A stretch of 64,000 bases of DNA from Mobula hypostoma (Eukaryota). Numbering within the stretch: the stretch's first letter is position 1; each line of letters opens with the position of its first letter. Both the position numbers and the translations under genes were made by a program. The notes beneath the pieces are model-generated. The model made no database searches. It was given only the letters and a program-made list of their open reading frames with translations, and was not told the origin of the DNA. Shown piece by piece: positions 50,694-64,000 of this stretch. The DNA lies in assembly GCF_963921235.1 (NCBI RefSeq), contig NC_086097.1, positions 99,202,001-99,266,000 of the forward strand, read 5' to 3'.

Positions 50694-51659
50694 GACAGGA
50701 CAGGACAAGAAGCATATAATGGGTGAGCACACTGTCCTCTGGTACTTGGGTGTAAGTCTAACGTCAGTGAATGACTGGGAATTCTGAAGCCAAAGGGGGG
50801 AATGTGAATTGCATCTTAATCCCTGGTGGCAGCCACTACACAGCAAGTAGCAAGTAGCCCTATAATTTCCGAGGAAGAAACAGGATCACAAAACTGAGAT
50901 TATCCCTTTAGTGCAACGTTGAGAAAGTGTTACCTTTCAGGTGAGTTGTTAAAATTAAACCCCATTTTAGAGATAAAAAAAATGTTTTGATGAAAGTGTG
51001 GGAGGAATAGGTGCATTAAAAATGGTGGGGAAGAGATTAGCTGCCAAAATGGCTGCAACTTCAGTATATATTTTAATATATGACCTGGGATATTGAGAGA
51101 GACTACATCAATGCAAATCATTAATTTTTGCAAATTAGCAATCACGATGACAAATGAAATATTGAATTTAAGGACCTGCGTGCAGATTAACATACCAGCA
51201 TTTTGCACTGGACTTGGTGAAGTTACTTGATGCCTAGAACATGACCTACAGTTGATCAGTATCTTAGTTCTCATCTCTACCTCTCACTGTAGAGTACATG
51301 GACATGAAAACATCCAGATCAAACAAATCCAATGCACATTGACAGACCTGGTGCTCACCTCCATCACTGTCCACATTGGAAACTGTCCTACACCCAGCAA
51401 GCCCTGTGGTCTAAATTAAGTATCAACATTTCCCTCAGGATCATTGTGATGTGCTACTACAGAGGATTTATTTGCAGCACGATGTCAAAGAATCACAACT
51501 TGGCGAATGTGATAAGGTAATCGGGATGAGCGTTGTAGGATAAAAGAGTCCAAATTTTAAGATGATCTGAATTAACAGCTGAAATGGTCCATGCAATTCC
51601 ATGCACCATTAACCTACACACAGAAACAGACATGGCAAAGACACTGGTCAACCATGCTA

Positions 51660-54600
51660 CAGTGCCTATAAGAAGTGGTCACCCCCCTTGGAAGTTTTCA
51701 TGTTTTATCGTTTTACAACATTGAATCGTAGTTGATTTAATTTGTCTTTTTTGACACTGATCAACAGAAAAAGATCCTTTCATGCCAAAGTGAAAACAGA
51801 TCTCTACAAAGTGATCTAAATTAATTATTAATATAAAACACAATATAATTGATTGCATAAATATTCACCACCTTTAATATGACACACCAAATCATCACTG
51901 GTGCAGCCAGTTGGTTTTAGAAGTCACATAACTAGTTAAATGGAGATCATCTGTGTGCAGTCAAGGTGTTTCAGTTGATTGTAGTAAAATACACCTGTAT
52001 CTGGAAGGTCCAGCTGCAGGTGAGTCAGTATCCTGGCAAAAACTACACCATGAAGACAAAAGAACACTCCAAGCAACTCTGCGAAAAGGTTATTGAAAAG
52101 CACAAGTCAGGAGATGGATACAAGAAAATTTCCAAGTCACTGAATATCCCTTGGAAAACAGTTAAGTCAATCATCAAGAAATGGGAAGAATATGGCACAG
52201 CTGTAAATTGAGCATAGAACACAGAAATCTACAGCACATTACAGGCCCTTCAGCCCACAACGTTGTGCTGACCATGTCACCTATTCTAGAAAGTGCCTAG
52301 AGCTTCCCTGCCACATAGCCCTCTATTTTCTAGGCTCAAATACCTATCTAAGAGCCTCTTAAAAGACCCTGTTGTTTCCGCCTCCACCACCGTCGCCAGC
52401 AGTGCATTCCACACACCCACCACTCTCTGTGTGAAAAAATTAACTCTGACGTCCCCTCTGTACCTGCTTTCAAGCACCTTAAAACTGTGCCCTCTCATGT
52501 TAGCCATTTCAGCCCTGGGAAAAAGCCTCTGACTATCCACACGATCAATCCTTCTCATCATCTTGTACACCTCTATCAGGTCACCTCTCATCCTCAATTG
52601 CTCCAAGGAGAAAAGACCAAGTTCATTCAATCTATTTTCATAAGGCATGCTCCCCAATCCAGGCTTCTTCCTTGTGAATCTCCTCTCATCCTTCCTGTGG
52701 TGAGGTGACCAGAACTGAACACGGTCCTGCAAGTGGGGTCTAACTAAGATCTTACATAGCCGTAAAATTACCTCACAGTAAACTGTGGGATTGAACTCAA
52801 TCCCACGGTTGATGAATACCAACACACCATACACTTTCTTAACGACACTGTCAACCTGTGCAACAGCTTTGAGTATCCTATGGACACGGACCCCAAGATC
52901 TCTCTGACCCTCCCCACTGCCAAGACTCTTACCATTAATATTATATTCTGTCTTCAAATTTGACCTATCAAAATGAACCACTTCACACTTGTCTGGGTTG
53001 AACTCCATCTGTCACTCCTCAGCCCAGTTCTGCATCCTATCAATGTTGCGCTGTAACCTCCAGACTATCCATAACACCCCCAACTTTTGTATCATCAGCA
53101 AATTTACTAACCCACCCTTCTACTTCCTCAGGTAATTTATAAAAATCACAAAGAGAAGGGGTCCTAGAACAGATCCCCACAGAACACCACTGGTCACTGT
53201 CTTCCATGCAGAATACAAACCATCCACAACCACCCTTCGCCTTCTGTGGGCAAGTCAATTCTGGATCCACAAAGCAAGGTCCTTTTCCCTGGTGAATACT
53301 GAAGCAAAGTATTCACTAAGTACCTCCTCCGACTCCATGCACACAATTGCACTATCGCACCTGATTGGTCCTATTCTCACACGGCTCATCCTCTTGCTCT
53401 TCACATACTTGTAGAAAGCTTTGGCATTTTCCCTAATCCTGTTCAGCAAGGCTTCTCATGGCCCCTTCTGGCTCTCCTAATTTCATTCTTAAGCTCCTTC
53501 CTGGCAACCTTGTAATCTTCTAGAATTCTAACAGTACCTAGTTTCTTGAAACTCTTGTAAGCTTTTCCTTTCTTAATAGATTTTCTGTGTCCTTTGTACA
53601 CCATTGTTCTTTTGCCCTACCATCCTTTCCTTGCCTCAATGGAACATACCTATACAGAGCACCATGCAAATATCCCCTGAACATTTGCCACATTTCTGCT
53701 GTGCATTTCCCTGAGAACATCTGCTCCCAATTTATGTTCCCAAGTTTCTTCCTAATAGCATCATATTTCCTCCTACCCCAATTAAATGGTTTCCCAAATT
53801 GTCTGCTGCTATCCCTCTCCAGTGCTATGGTGAAGGAGATAGAGTTGTGATCACTATCTCCAAAATGCTCTCCACCAAGAGATCTGACACCTGACCAGAT
53901 TAATTTCCCAACAGCAGATCAAGTACAGCCTCTCCTCTAGTTGGCTTATCTACATATTGCATCAGGAAACTTCCCTGAACACACCTGACAAACTCCACCC
54001 CATTCAAACCCCTTGCCCTAAGCAGATGCCAGGAAAGTTAAAATCACCCATCACAAAAACCCTATTATCATTATACCATTCCAGAATCTGCCTCCCTATC
54101 TGCTCCTCAATGCCTTTGTTACTATTGGGGGGGTCTATAAAAACACCCAGTTGAGTTATTGCCCCTTTCCTGTTTCTGACTTCCACCCACACTGACTCAG
54201 TAGACAATCCCTCCATGACTTCCTCCTTTTCTGCAGCCGTGACACTATCCCTGATTAGCTGTATTACGCCCCACCTCTCTTCCTCCCTTCCTGGCCTTTT
54301 TGAAACATCTAAAGCCTGGCACACTGAGCAGCCATTCCTTCTCCTGAGACATTCAAGTCTCTGTAATGGCCACAGCATCATAGTTCCACGTATTGATCCA
54401 CGCTCTAAGTTCATCTGGCTTGTTTATGATTCTCCTTGCATTAAAATAGACACATCTCAAACCATCAGGCTGAGTGCATCTTTGCTCTATCACCTGCTTA
54501 TCCTTCCTCACAAACTCCCTACAAGCTGTCTCTACTTGTGCACCAAATGCTCCATCCTCTGTCTCTTCACTTCGTTCCCACCCCCCTGCAAATCTAGTTT

Positions 54601-56125
54601 ATACCCTCCCCAATAGCATTAGCAACCTCCCTCTCCGAAATATTGGTTCCCCTCCAATTCAGGTGTAACTTGTCCCACTTGTACAGGTCACCCCTTTCCC
54701 AGAAAAAGTTCCAATGATCCAAGAACTTGAAACCCTGACCCCTGCACCATCTCCTCAGCCACGCATTCATCTGCGCTATCTTCCTGTTCTGACCTTCACT
54801 AGCTCGTGGCACTGGGAGTAGTCTGGAGATGACCACCTTGGAGGTCCCGCTCTTCAGCCTCTTTCCCAAATCCCTAAATTTACAGCGCAGGACCACAGAA
54901 CCTCTAGCCCTCTCCTGCCTATGTCACTGGTACCAACATGTACCACGACCTCTGGCTGCTCACACTCCCCTTCAAGAATATTCTGCAACTGCTCAGAGAC
55001 AATGGACTCTAGCACCCGGGAAACAACACTATCCTGGCATCTCTTTTGCTGCCGCAAAATCGGCCTAGAGCAGGACATCCTCAAAACCTGAGGGACCATG
55101 CAAGAAGTGGATGTGTGAGGGAGGCCACCAAGAGACCTAGGACAACTCCTCTGCATGAGTTACAAACCTCAGTGGCTGAGATGGGGGAGACTGCGTGTAA
55201 AACAATTGTTGTCCGGGTGCTTCCCTAGACATAGATTTATGGGAGACTGGCAAAGAGAAAGCCACGGTTGAAAAAAAATCACATGAAATATCAGCTAGAG
55301 TGTGCCAGAAGGCACATGGGAGACTCTGGAGTCAACTGGAAGAAGGTTCCATGGTCTGATGAAACCAAGATTGGGTTTTTTGGCCATCAGACTAAATGCT
55401 GTATGGCATAAGAAACATAATCAGAAACACACCATCCCTACCATGAAACATGGTGGTGGCTGCATTATGCTGTGGGGATGCTTCACTGCATCAGGCCCTG
55501 AAAGTCTTGTGAAGGTAGAGGGCAAAATGAATGCAGCAAAATACAGGGAAATCCTGGAGGAAAACCTGATGCAGTCTGCAAGAGAACTGCGACTTAGGAG
55601 AAGATTTGTTTTCCAGCAATGCAATGATTCCAGACATAAAGCCAAAACTACACAGGAATGGCTTAAAAACAACAAAGTTAATGTCCTGGAGTGGCCAAGT
55701 CAGAGTCCAGACCTCAATCCAATTGAGAACTTGTGGCTGGACTTAAAGAGGGCTATTCACTCATGATCCCCATACAGTCTGAGAGAGCTTGAGCAGTTTT
55801 GTTAGGAAGAATGGGGAAAAATTGCAGTATCCAGATGTGCAAAGCTGATAGAGACCTATCCACACAGACTCAAGGCTGTAATTGCTGCCAAAGGTGCATC
55901 TACTAAATACTGACTTGAAGGGGTGAATACTTATGCAATCAATTCTTTTGTGTTTTATATTTGTAATTAATGTAGATCACTTTGTAGAGATCTGTTTTCA
56001 CACTGACACGAAGGAGTCTTTTTCTGTTGATCTGTGTCAAAAAGTCAAATTATCTGTGATTCAATGTTGTAACACAATAAAACATGAAAACTTTCAAGGG
56101 GGGTGAATACTATTTATAAGCACTG
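51660..56125 (+). mobile_element. Tc1-family (IR/DR type) DNA transposon, inactive, split by a CR1 insertion
   Basis: TA flanks and ~215-bp TIRs starting CAGTGC with inner direct repeats. Transposase MKTKEHSKQLCEKVIEKHKSGDGYKKISKSL... at 52050-52209 resumes as PRAGHPQ at ~55063, then KHGGGCIMLWGCF and WPSQSPDLNPIE. Confidence 0.92.
52210..55058 (-). mobile_element. CR1 LINE with ORF1 esterase part, endonuclease and internally deleted RT
   Basis: VVVHVGTSDIGR and DKLHLN (SGNH-type ORF1), MGDFNFP (APE endonuclease), SKFADDTK, MEFNPDKCEVVHF; catagaa tail. Confidence 0.88.
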
Positions 56126-56834
56126 TAAATCCTCTATAGCTTCACCCAACAATGTAGTTTCCCTGGAAGAGGTACTGTATTTTACAGACATCAAAGCAAT
56201 TGAAAGTCATTGCATACCTTTTCACCCACATGCATGACTGCTCTATCATAACCTTAAAAACTGCCAAAAGCTGTTCGAACATGGAGTCACAGTGGTTGTC
56301 GTTAGAAGGGAATACTCAAATCTTTGGAATCCACTACTTAAGAAGACATATATTTAGCTACTAAAGGAATTAAGGAATGGATGTTGACTAGCATGGATCA
56401 GTCTTTATTGAATGGCAAAGCAAACACAAAGGTCTGAAAGTAAAAATGCAGACACAAGGAAATCTGCAGATGCAGATGCAAAGGTCTGAATGATTTACTT
56501 CTGTTTCTTATGCCCCATTGCTGGAGTCTTACTAGCAGTAAAGGGATGGTTATGAATGTTGGTTGTTAGTCATCACAAAAATATCATTGCAGGAGCTTTG
56601 CATGACATCATCTAAGCCCAATCATCTTCATGCCTTGCATCCACTGAGAATTAATGATGTTCAATTCCATTCTTGATTCATTTGGCAATTAATTTATCCC
56701 TGCAACAAAATTGCGAGGCTGATAAATAGCTCGTAACTGTCAAGTTACATTAATATCAGGTGAAAACCTCCTCCTACAAGAGTCTAACCATTTGTCACCT
56801 ATTAAATGTTACACAAGATCAAATCCTCACTATC

Positions 56835-59800
56835 TGTTGTGTTCGATATTGAGGGATAGTGCAGAGCACACCAGGACATCAGCATGCAGGATACTCAGCT
56901 GAACTTTATTGAAAACCCTGCTTGTACAGTATGTGAACTCATCCCATGTGGCAATGGCTAACTGAGTGGTATAGGATTAACACTATTAACTACCACCACA
57001 TCTCCCCTTCTTGAAAAACAAGTATGAACTTCTTGTCTAAAGAATTGCGTTGAAGTTATGGTCACTGAAATTGAGCAATCCAGTTCACTTCACCCATAGC
57101 ATGTAACTTATTCTCCTTACATAAACATTTAAAAATTGCCCACGTTATAAATGTCTTCCTTGTTATTTCTAAAGGTCTCTCTCTCTCTCCCTCTCTCTTT
57201 GTTTACCTCCTTTTTCGCTAATTCTTTTTTTTAAGAACAGTCTCATTTTGCGAAATGTCTTCAGCATTAAAACCATTAAATCTAATGGAGGTCAGGATGG
57301 ACTATCTGAACACTCTGATAAAGTGGAGGGATTATTCTGCCTCTTCAGTCACTTGCCCTAAGCGATTAGGCTATGGAGTATATCTCTGTGGTGGGACAGA
57401 TAAACAACCCGATCTGGTACAGGTTCCTGGAAGTGTTGGAGTGGATGGAGATTCTTGAACAGGTGAATCCACCTCAGGTAAGTGGTCCTCGTCGTAAGGA
57501 CCAGGCTACCCTATTTCCTTCTCTTCCTTTCATAGACCCTGAAGTCACATGAGCACACCCCTGTTCCGCCTGATTTCGTCTTGTGATGTTCTGATCACAA
57601 ATGATCGTGGTGCATGATGCAGGACAATTGTTCCTTTGATGAAATGGTCTGAAACCCAAACAGCTTCACCACTCCTGAGCAGTGATAAAGGTTTTGTTCT
57701 GTGTCTGAGATCATGCATGCTCTTCGTTTTCTCATTTTTGTCTCAAAATGTCTCACTTTGTCTAAGTCCAGTAAGTGAGGTTGGAGAAGAGAAGGAAGAA
57801 CGGGCAGGCTTGTTCTCTGTCTCCGGCCCATTGACAGCTCTGATAGACTGTAGCCATTCACAAGAGGTGAACAGCTAATGGTGCTTTGTAGGGGTCTTTT
57901 GTCATCAGCAGGAGACGCTTAACAGTTTGCACTGCTCTTTCCACTTCTCCATTTGCCCATGGGTAATGTGGACCGCCAGTCTGGTGTTTGAACTCACTGT
58001 CCCAAGCAAAGGCTTTGAATTCTGAGGAGCCGAACTGTGGATCGCTGTCTGACACAAGTGTCTCTGGTATTCCATGGTGAGTGAATACAGCTTCCAGGTG
58101 CTGTATAACTGCCGCTGAGGACGTAGAGGATGGCTTGGACACCTCAACAGTCCCTGAGTGGTAATTCACAGTGAGAAGATATTTGTCTCTTTTCAGCTTG
58201 AAAATGCCTGTATCTGGGCCGGCTGGTGGCGCAATTACATCGGCGCCGGACTCTGGAATGGAGGTTCCCGGGTTCGAACCCAGGCGGGGCCACTCCTGAG
58301 TACGCTTTCCATCCGTGCTGGGTTGAGTGTCAAGATCGCAATTCAACCTCATAAAATAAAAGGGAAAAATACTGCGAAGTGTGTGTGTGAGGAGTGACGC
58401 ACCACACAGTCTCTCTCTCTCTCTCGCTGCACGCCTTGTACAGGCATGAAAAAGACATCGCCCTGCTAACATCACACACGCATGCACGCACACGCCAAAA
58501 AAAAAGAAAATGCCTGTACCTGCAATTTACCATGGGAAGTCTGGCAATTCTGTGGAACAGAATGGCTCAGCATGATGTTTGAGCTGTTTTCTGGACGTTT
58601 CACACTGTTTTGCATAATCCTCCAGCTGTGTGCTCAGATCAGGCCACCACACAAACTGCCTTGTTCTTGAGAAACATTTTTCAATGTCATGATGTCCTTG
58701 ATGGATTTAACTGATGTTTTGGGCTGCATAGAAACAGGAATGACTAGTCTGGAGCCCTTTACCAGCAAACCATCCAGAAAGGTGAGTGTGTCTCTTTCAA
58801 GCCAGTAAGGTCTGAGTTCGTGAGCTCCTTTTGGAACAGCTGGCTATCCACGCTCACAGAATTGCATGACCTTGTTGCAGGTTTGGTCCTTTTTCAAATC
58901 TGCTCGACTTTCAACCACTTTACTCTGCGATGCAGGAAAGCTTCATATTCCTGAGCTAAGCAGATGATGGTATTTTCCATGAGGGCGGAGACAGTGTTTG
59001 TACACTCACTTTTGTGTGGCATCTCAACAGAGTGACTGGTGTTGTGAAAGATTTGCCGGGACATATTCAGTATCATTCCGAACCTTTGCCAATGTGGAGG
59101 CATGTCATCTCAGTGTTCCAAGCTGAGGAGGCGGACAAGTGGCTTGTGGTCTGTTTCAAGTAGGAATTCAGTGCTGATCAAGTAGCAGCCGAAGTGTTCA
59201 AAAGCCCAGAGTCTCCTTTTCGATTTGGGCATAACACACTTCAGTAGGAGTCAGTCCTCTTGATGCATATGCCACCAGTTTCTATACACCACTGCAGTTC
59301 TGCAAGAGCACTCCCCCAGGCCAAAGGAAGGGACATCTGCTAAGACCTTGGTTGCTTTGCTTGGATCAAAGTACGCCAATGTTTGTGGAGAGATAAGCCC
59401 TGCGTTAAGTGGTGACAATAACTTCTAATGTGGTGCATCCCAGGTGAGATGTTTATCGGAGAGGAGGTCACATAGTGGCTTTGTTTTCTCTGCCAAATCT
59501 GGAACGGATTTTCCCAGCTGGTTTATCATGCCAAGGAAACTGTGATTCATAGTTCCATGTTCTGAACTCCTGCCAGTTTGTCTGAACCTGGCTGCACTCT
59601 ATCTGAGGATAGCTGGTGGCCTAAGAACTTCACTCCTACTTTGCAAATTCCCATTTCCTTTTGCTCAGGGTGATTCCAGCCTGTTTCAGTTTCTCCAAGG
59701 CAGTTTCCACTCTTTTGTCATGTCCTCACCTGAGCCTCTGAAGATGAGTATATTATCCATGTGGCAGATGACTCCTTCCAGTCCCTCCAAAATATCGTTC

Positions 59801-61560
59801 ATCCTTATCTGAGGGTGTTCAGGGCTGATGAAATGCAAAAAGGGAGCCTCTTGAGGGCATAGATAGCACCCATATGGTGTGATAAATGTGTGAGCTTCTG
59901 TAACTCGGGAGCTAAACAGATCTGCCAGAACCTTGAGTTTGCATCTTGTTTGGTGAAGAACTTTGCTCCACCCAGAATACCCAACGTGTGCTCAACAGAG
60001 GGCAGAATAAACTGCTCCTGCCTCACTGCATTATTCAACTTTGTTAGATCACCTCAGATCCTCACTCTGCCATCTGACTTAGGAACAGGAACAATGCCCC
60101 CACACCAGTCAATAGGCCCATTCACTCTACTTATGATGTCAAGTGCCTCCATTCTCTCAACCTCAGCTTTGATTTTGTTCACCAATGGTACTGGTATAGG
60201 TTTCGTTGTGGTCAGAGAGTAGGGTGTCACTCCTGGCTTCAGATGGATAAGGTACCCCAGGCCTGTGAACAACTCCAGTTACTTCTCCTGCCACTGAACA
60301 TTGTTTAGCAAAACCAACCTTGCATTGAGGTTCAGCTTCTCGATGGCATGTCATCCCAGTTGTGGTGAGAAGAGATTCTGATGAACGTAGACATCCTCTT
60401 TTAACTGTTTCTCATTTTTACGGATGGAAGTAGTGAACATTCTTTTTGTTTCCGTGCCCCATGAGCACTCACTTTGTTGGGTTTAGTGTAATGGCTATTT
60501 TCTTCACCAGTTTTGTGATCAGACACTTGGAGACAGCTGTGATATCTGCCCCAGTGTCCATTTTGAACATAACTGCCTCATTTTGCATCTGACCCATAGT
60601 ACACCAGCCTGGTCTATGTGAATTGAGAGCCCCAAGGAAAGCTCTCTCTGTCTGAATCATGGTCCTCTTTGACTCCTGAAGAACTGTTTTTGAGTGACAC
60701 CAGCTTTTATAATGACCAACTCTATTGTATTGCTGGCATTTCACTTCTTTCACTGGACAGAGCTCTTTGACGTGGAATGGCGACTTGCCGCATCTCCTGC
60801 AGTTGGACATTTTACCTGCTCTTTGTTTCGCTTGTCTTGTTTGAGCTGAGCTCTACTGTCTGCTCTGTCTGTGGTCTTTCTGATTGCACCCTGTTTGTAC
60901 CTGTCTTTCTGTACAGCTTCTTGCTTTGCTCAGCAATATTTTTGTGCCTGAATTCTGCCTGATGCTGACGAGCGTTCTCACTCTGCCTGACCATAGTAAT
61001 AGCCTTCTCTAGTGAGATTCACCTGCCACAGTAATCTCTCTGACAATTTGCTGTCTAGTAGCCCAAAACAATCCTGTCTCCAATGAGCTCATCCCACAGA
61101 TCTCCACATGCATGGTTGTCTGACAGGACATGGAATGCTGTGATTCAGTCATTTACCCTTTCATCTGGATCCTGTTTTCTGGAGTTGAATTTTGCCCTCT
61201 CATACATCACATTTCCCTTTCCTGTGAAACATTCATTGAATTTGTCCTGCACTATTCTGTACTCCTTTTTCTGGGCATCTGTCAGTCCTAATTCACCCAT
61301 GATGTCACCTGCTTTGTCATCCATTCAGTATATCAGTGTGCCTACTTGATGCTTTTTTGAAGACTGAGTGAGATGACTTGTAATCCTAAATCTCTCAAAG
61401 TGTCTGAGCCATCTCTCAAAGTCCTCTGGTTTAGAGAAATCAAATGCCCTGGGGGGCTTTATTAGGTAAATAAATGTAGGCACTGCAAGTATTTGCTCCA
61501 TTTTCCTGTTTGTTTACTTATTTATTATTTTATTTATTTGCACTACCACTGTGTCTCCAT
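56835..61560 (-). mobile_element. Degenerate Ty3/Gypsy element (gag, two Zn knuckles, PR, RT, RH, IN); 3' LTR at 56835-57000; 5' LTR not seen
   Basis: CRRCGKSPFHVKELCP, KMDTGAD, WCGGIVPVPKSDGRVRI, DANSRFWQI, CHMDN, HGIPETLVSDSDPQF...NGEVERAVQTVK. PPT gaaggggaga next to the TG...CA LTR. Confidence 0.85.
58216..58505 (+). mobile_element. Young tRNA-derived SINE with A-tail, inserted in the Gypsy integrase
   Basis: A-box-like TGGCGCAATT, B box GGTTCGAACCC (58271-58281), A9 tail, 16-bp TSD gaaaatgcctgta(t/c)ct (58200-58215 and 58506-58521). Confidence 0.88.
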
Positions 61561-62071
61561 GTATTTCCCCAGGCTCGTGGTCCACAGCTTATTACAATGA
61601 ACGCACTTTTCGGTGTACCTTAAAGTCTTTGCGTAGCAACTACGGCCCTTGTTTTTCCCCTAAACTTCATCTCAGGATCTGAATAACCAACATTGTCCCT
61701 GAAGAGGAATCAGTGAGCCAGGATGTTTTGGGACAGGGATGCAAATCTTTATTTTCTTTTGGTTTGTTCTTTATTTTGGCTTGTAGTCATGCTCAGAATG
61801 CCAACAAAAATGATAGATCAATGTCAGTATGTTATGTAACTTGGAAGGGGACAAACAGAGGGTGGTGTCCCTAAGTACCTACGTGTGTACATAAATCATA
61901 CGTTTGAGAGTCATATCCGAGAAGCACAGCTGAGTAATTGGTGTATATTTCATAGGCAGTACACAGTTCAGCCTTGATTCACTGGCATAATAATGTTTAG
62001 ATGAGGTGCCAGTCGAGCAGATTACTTTGTTGTAAATACTGTCTTATGTGTTGCTGGTAGAAAGGCTTTAA

Positions 62072-64000
62072 ACATAGAAACATAGAAAACCTACAGCACA
62101 ATACAGGCCCTTCAGCCCACAAAGCTGTGCCGAACATGTACTTACTTTAGAAATTACCTAGGGTTATCTGTAGCCCTCTATTTTTCTAAGCTCCATGTAC
62201 CTATCCGGGAGTCTCTTAAAAGACCCTGTTGTATCCGCCTCCACCACCGTCGCCAGCAGCCCATTCCACTCACTCACCACTCTCTGAGTGAAAAAAAAAC
62301 TTTCCCCTGATATCTCCTCTGTACCTACTTCCAAGCACCTTAAAACTGTGCCCTCTCGTGTTAGCCATTTCAGCCCTGGGAAAAAAGCCTCTGACCATCT
62401 ACATGATCAATGCCCCTTATCATCTTATCCACCTCTATCAGGTCACCTCTCGTCCTCCATCGCTCCAAGGAGAAAAGGCCGAGTTCACTCAACCTATTTG
62501 CATAAGGCATGCTCCCCAATCCAGGCAACATCCTTGTAAATCTCCTCTGCACCCTTTCTATATTTTTCACATCCTTCCTGTAGTGAGGTGACCAGAACTG
62601 AGCACAGTACTGCAAGTGGGGTCTGACCAGGGCCCTATATAGCTGTGACATTACCTCTCGGCTCCTAAACTCAATCCTACGATTGATGAAAGCCAATGCA
62701 CCGTATGCTTTCTCAACCACACAGTCAACCTGCGCAGCAGCTTTGAGTGTCTGATGGACTCGGACCCCAAGATCCCTCTGATCCTCCACACTGCAAAGAG
62801 TCTTACAATTAATATTATATTCTGCTATCATATTTGACCTACCAAAATGAACTACTTCACACTTATCTGGGTTGAACTCCATCTGCCACTTCTCAGCCCA
62901 GTTTTGCATCCTATCAATATCTCACTATAACCTCTGACAGCCCTCCACATTATCCACAACACCCCCAACCTTTATGTCATCAGCAAATTTACTAACCCAT
63001 CCCTTCACTTCCTCATCCAGGTCATTTATAAAAATCACAAAGAGCAGGGGTCCCAGAACAGATCACTGAGGCACACCACTGGTCACTGACCTCCATGCAG
63101 AATATGTCCCGCCTACAACTACTCTTTGCCTTCTGTGGGCAAGCCAGTTCTGAATCTACAAAGCAATGTCCCCTTGGATCCTATGCCTTCTTACTTTCTC
63201 AATAAGCTTGCATGGGATACCTTGTCAAATGCCTTGCTGAAATCCATATACACTACATCTACTGCTCTACTTTCATCAATGTGTTTAATCACATTCTCAA
63301 AAAATTCAGTCAGGCTCATAAGGCACGACCTGCCTTTGACAAAGCTATGCTGACTATTCCTCATCATAATGCCTCTCCAAATATTCATAAATCCTGCTTC
63401 TCAGGATCTTCTCCGTCAATTTACCAACCACTGAAGTAAGACTATAATTTCCTGCGCTATCTCTACTCTTTTTCTTGAATAAGGGAACAACATCTGCAAC
63501 CCTCCAATCATCCAGAAGCTCTTCTATCACTATTGATAATGCAAAGATCATTGCCAGAGGCTCAGCAATCTCCTCCCTTGCTTCCCACAGTAGCCTGGGG
63601 CACATCTCGTTCAGTCCTGGTGACTTATCCAACTTGATGCCTTCCAAAAGCTCCAGCATATCTTTTTTAATGTCTACATGCTCAAGCTTTTCAGTCCACT
63701 GTAAGTCATCCTTACAATCACCAAGATCCTTTTCCGTAGTGAATACTGAAGCAAAGTATTCATTAAGTACCTTTGCTATCTCCTCCGGTTCCATACACAC
63801 TTTTTCACTGTCACACTTGATTGGTCCTATTCTCTCATGTCTTATCCTCTTGCTCTTCACATACTTGTAGAATGCCTTGGGATTTTCCTTAATCCTGCTC
63901 GCCAAGGCCTTCTCGTGGCCCCTTTTGGCTCTCCTAATTTCATTCTTAAGCTCCTTCCTGCTAGTCTTATAATCTTCTAGATCTCTATCATTACCTAGTT
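62072..64000 (-). mobile_element. CR1 LINE (ORF2 RT and 3' tail), running off the right edge
   Basis: ENPKAFYKYVKSKR, QHSFVKGRSCL, DFSKAFDKV, WAEKWQMEFNPDKCEVVHFG; (TTTCTATG)n tail at ~62072-62087. Confidence 0.9.

Noticed and set aside
58216..58290. tRNA gene
   Set aside because: No clean cloverleaf or T-run terminator; the body, A-tail and TSD identify it as a SINE head.
36000..64000. A second host gene upstream of SPTBN5
   Set aside because: Every recognisable coding segment belongs to CR1, Rex1/Babar, Gypsy or Tc1 elements. I found no host-like exon, though short or non-coding exons cannot be excluded.

Overview
Repeat-dense vertebrate genomic DNA, most likely from a cartilaginous fish. 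The repeat set (CR1, Rex1/Babar, V-SINE/HE1-like, Deu-SINE-like, Penelope-like) suggests a ray or shark; that assignment is inference. The left ~35 kb holds the 5' part of a beta-spectrin gene on the minus strand, most likely SPTBN5. Seven coding exons with GT-AG boundaries splice in frame to 518 codons (CH1, CH2 and the first spectrin repeats), and the gene continues off the left edge. A candidate non-coding exon 1 and promoter lies near 35.5 kb. Almost everything else is mobile DNA: a young Gmr1-like LTR element with SCAN-gag and a collapsed pol (both LTRs, TSD, tRNA-Pro PBS); a nested LTR stack at 42-47 kb; solo LTRs; a second Gypsy element; a Tc1 transposon split by a CR1; Penelope-like fragments carrying minimal hammerhead ribozyme motifs; an RTE-derived short retroposon family; and a young tRNA-SINE with a 16-bp TSD. 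I found no CRISPR array, prokaryotic operon or convincing novel protein-coding system. The most unusual signals are the hammerhead-bearing Penelope repeats in SPTBN5 introns and the non-autonomous SCAN-gag element. Repeat boundaries without a stated TSD or TIR are approximate, and family names come from recalled motifs, not database searches.
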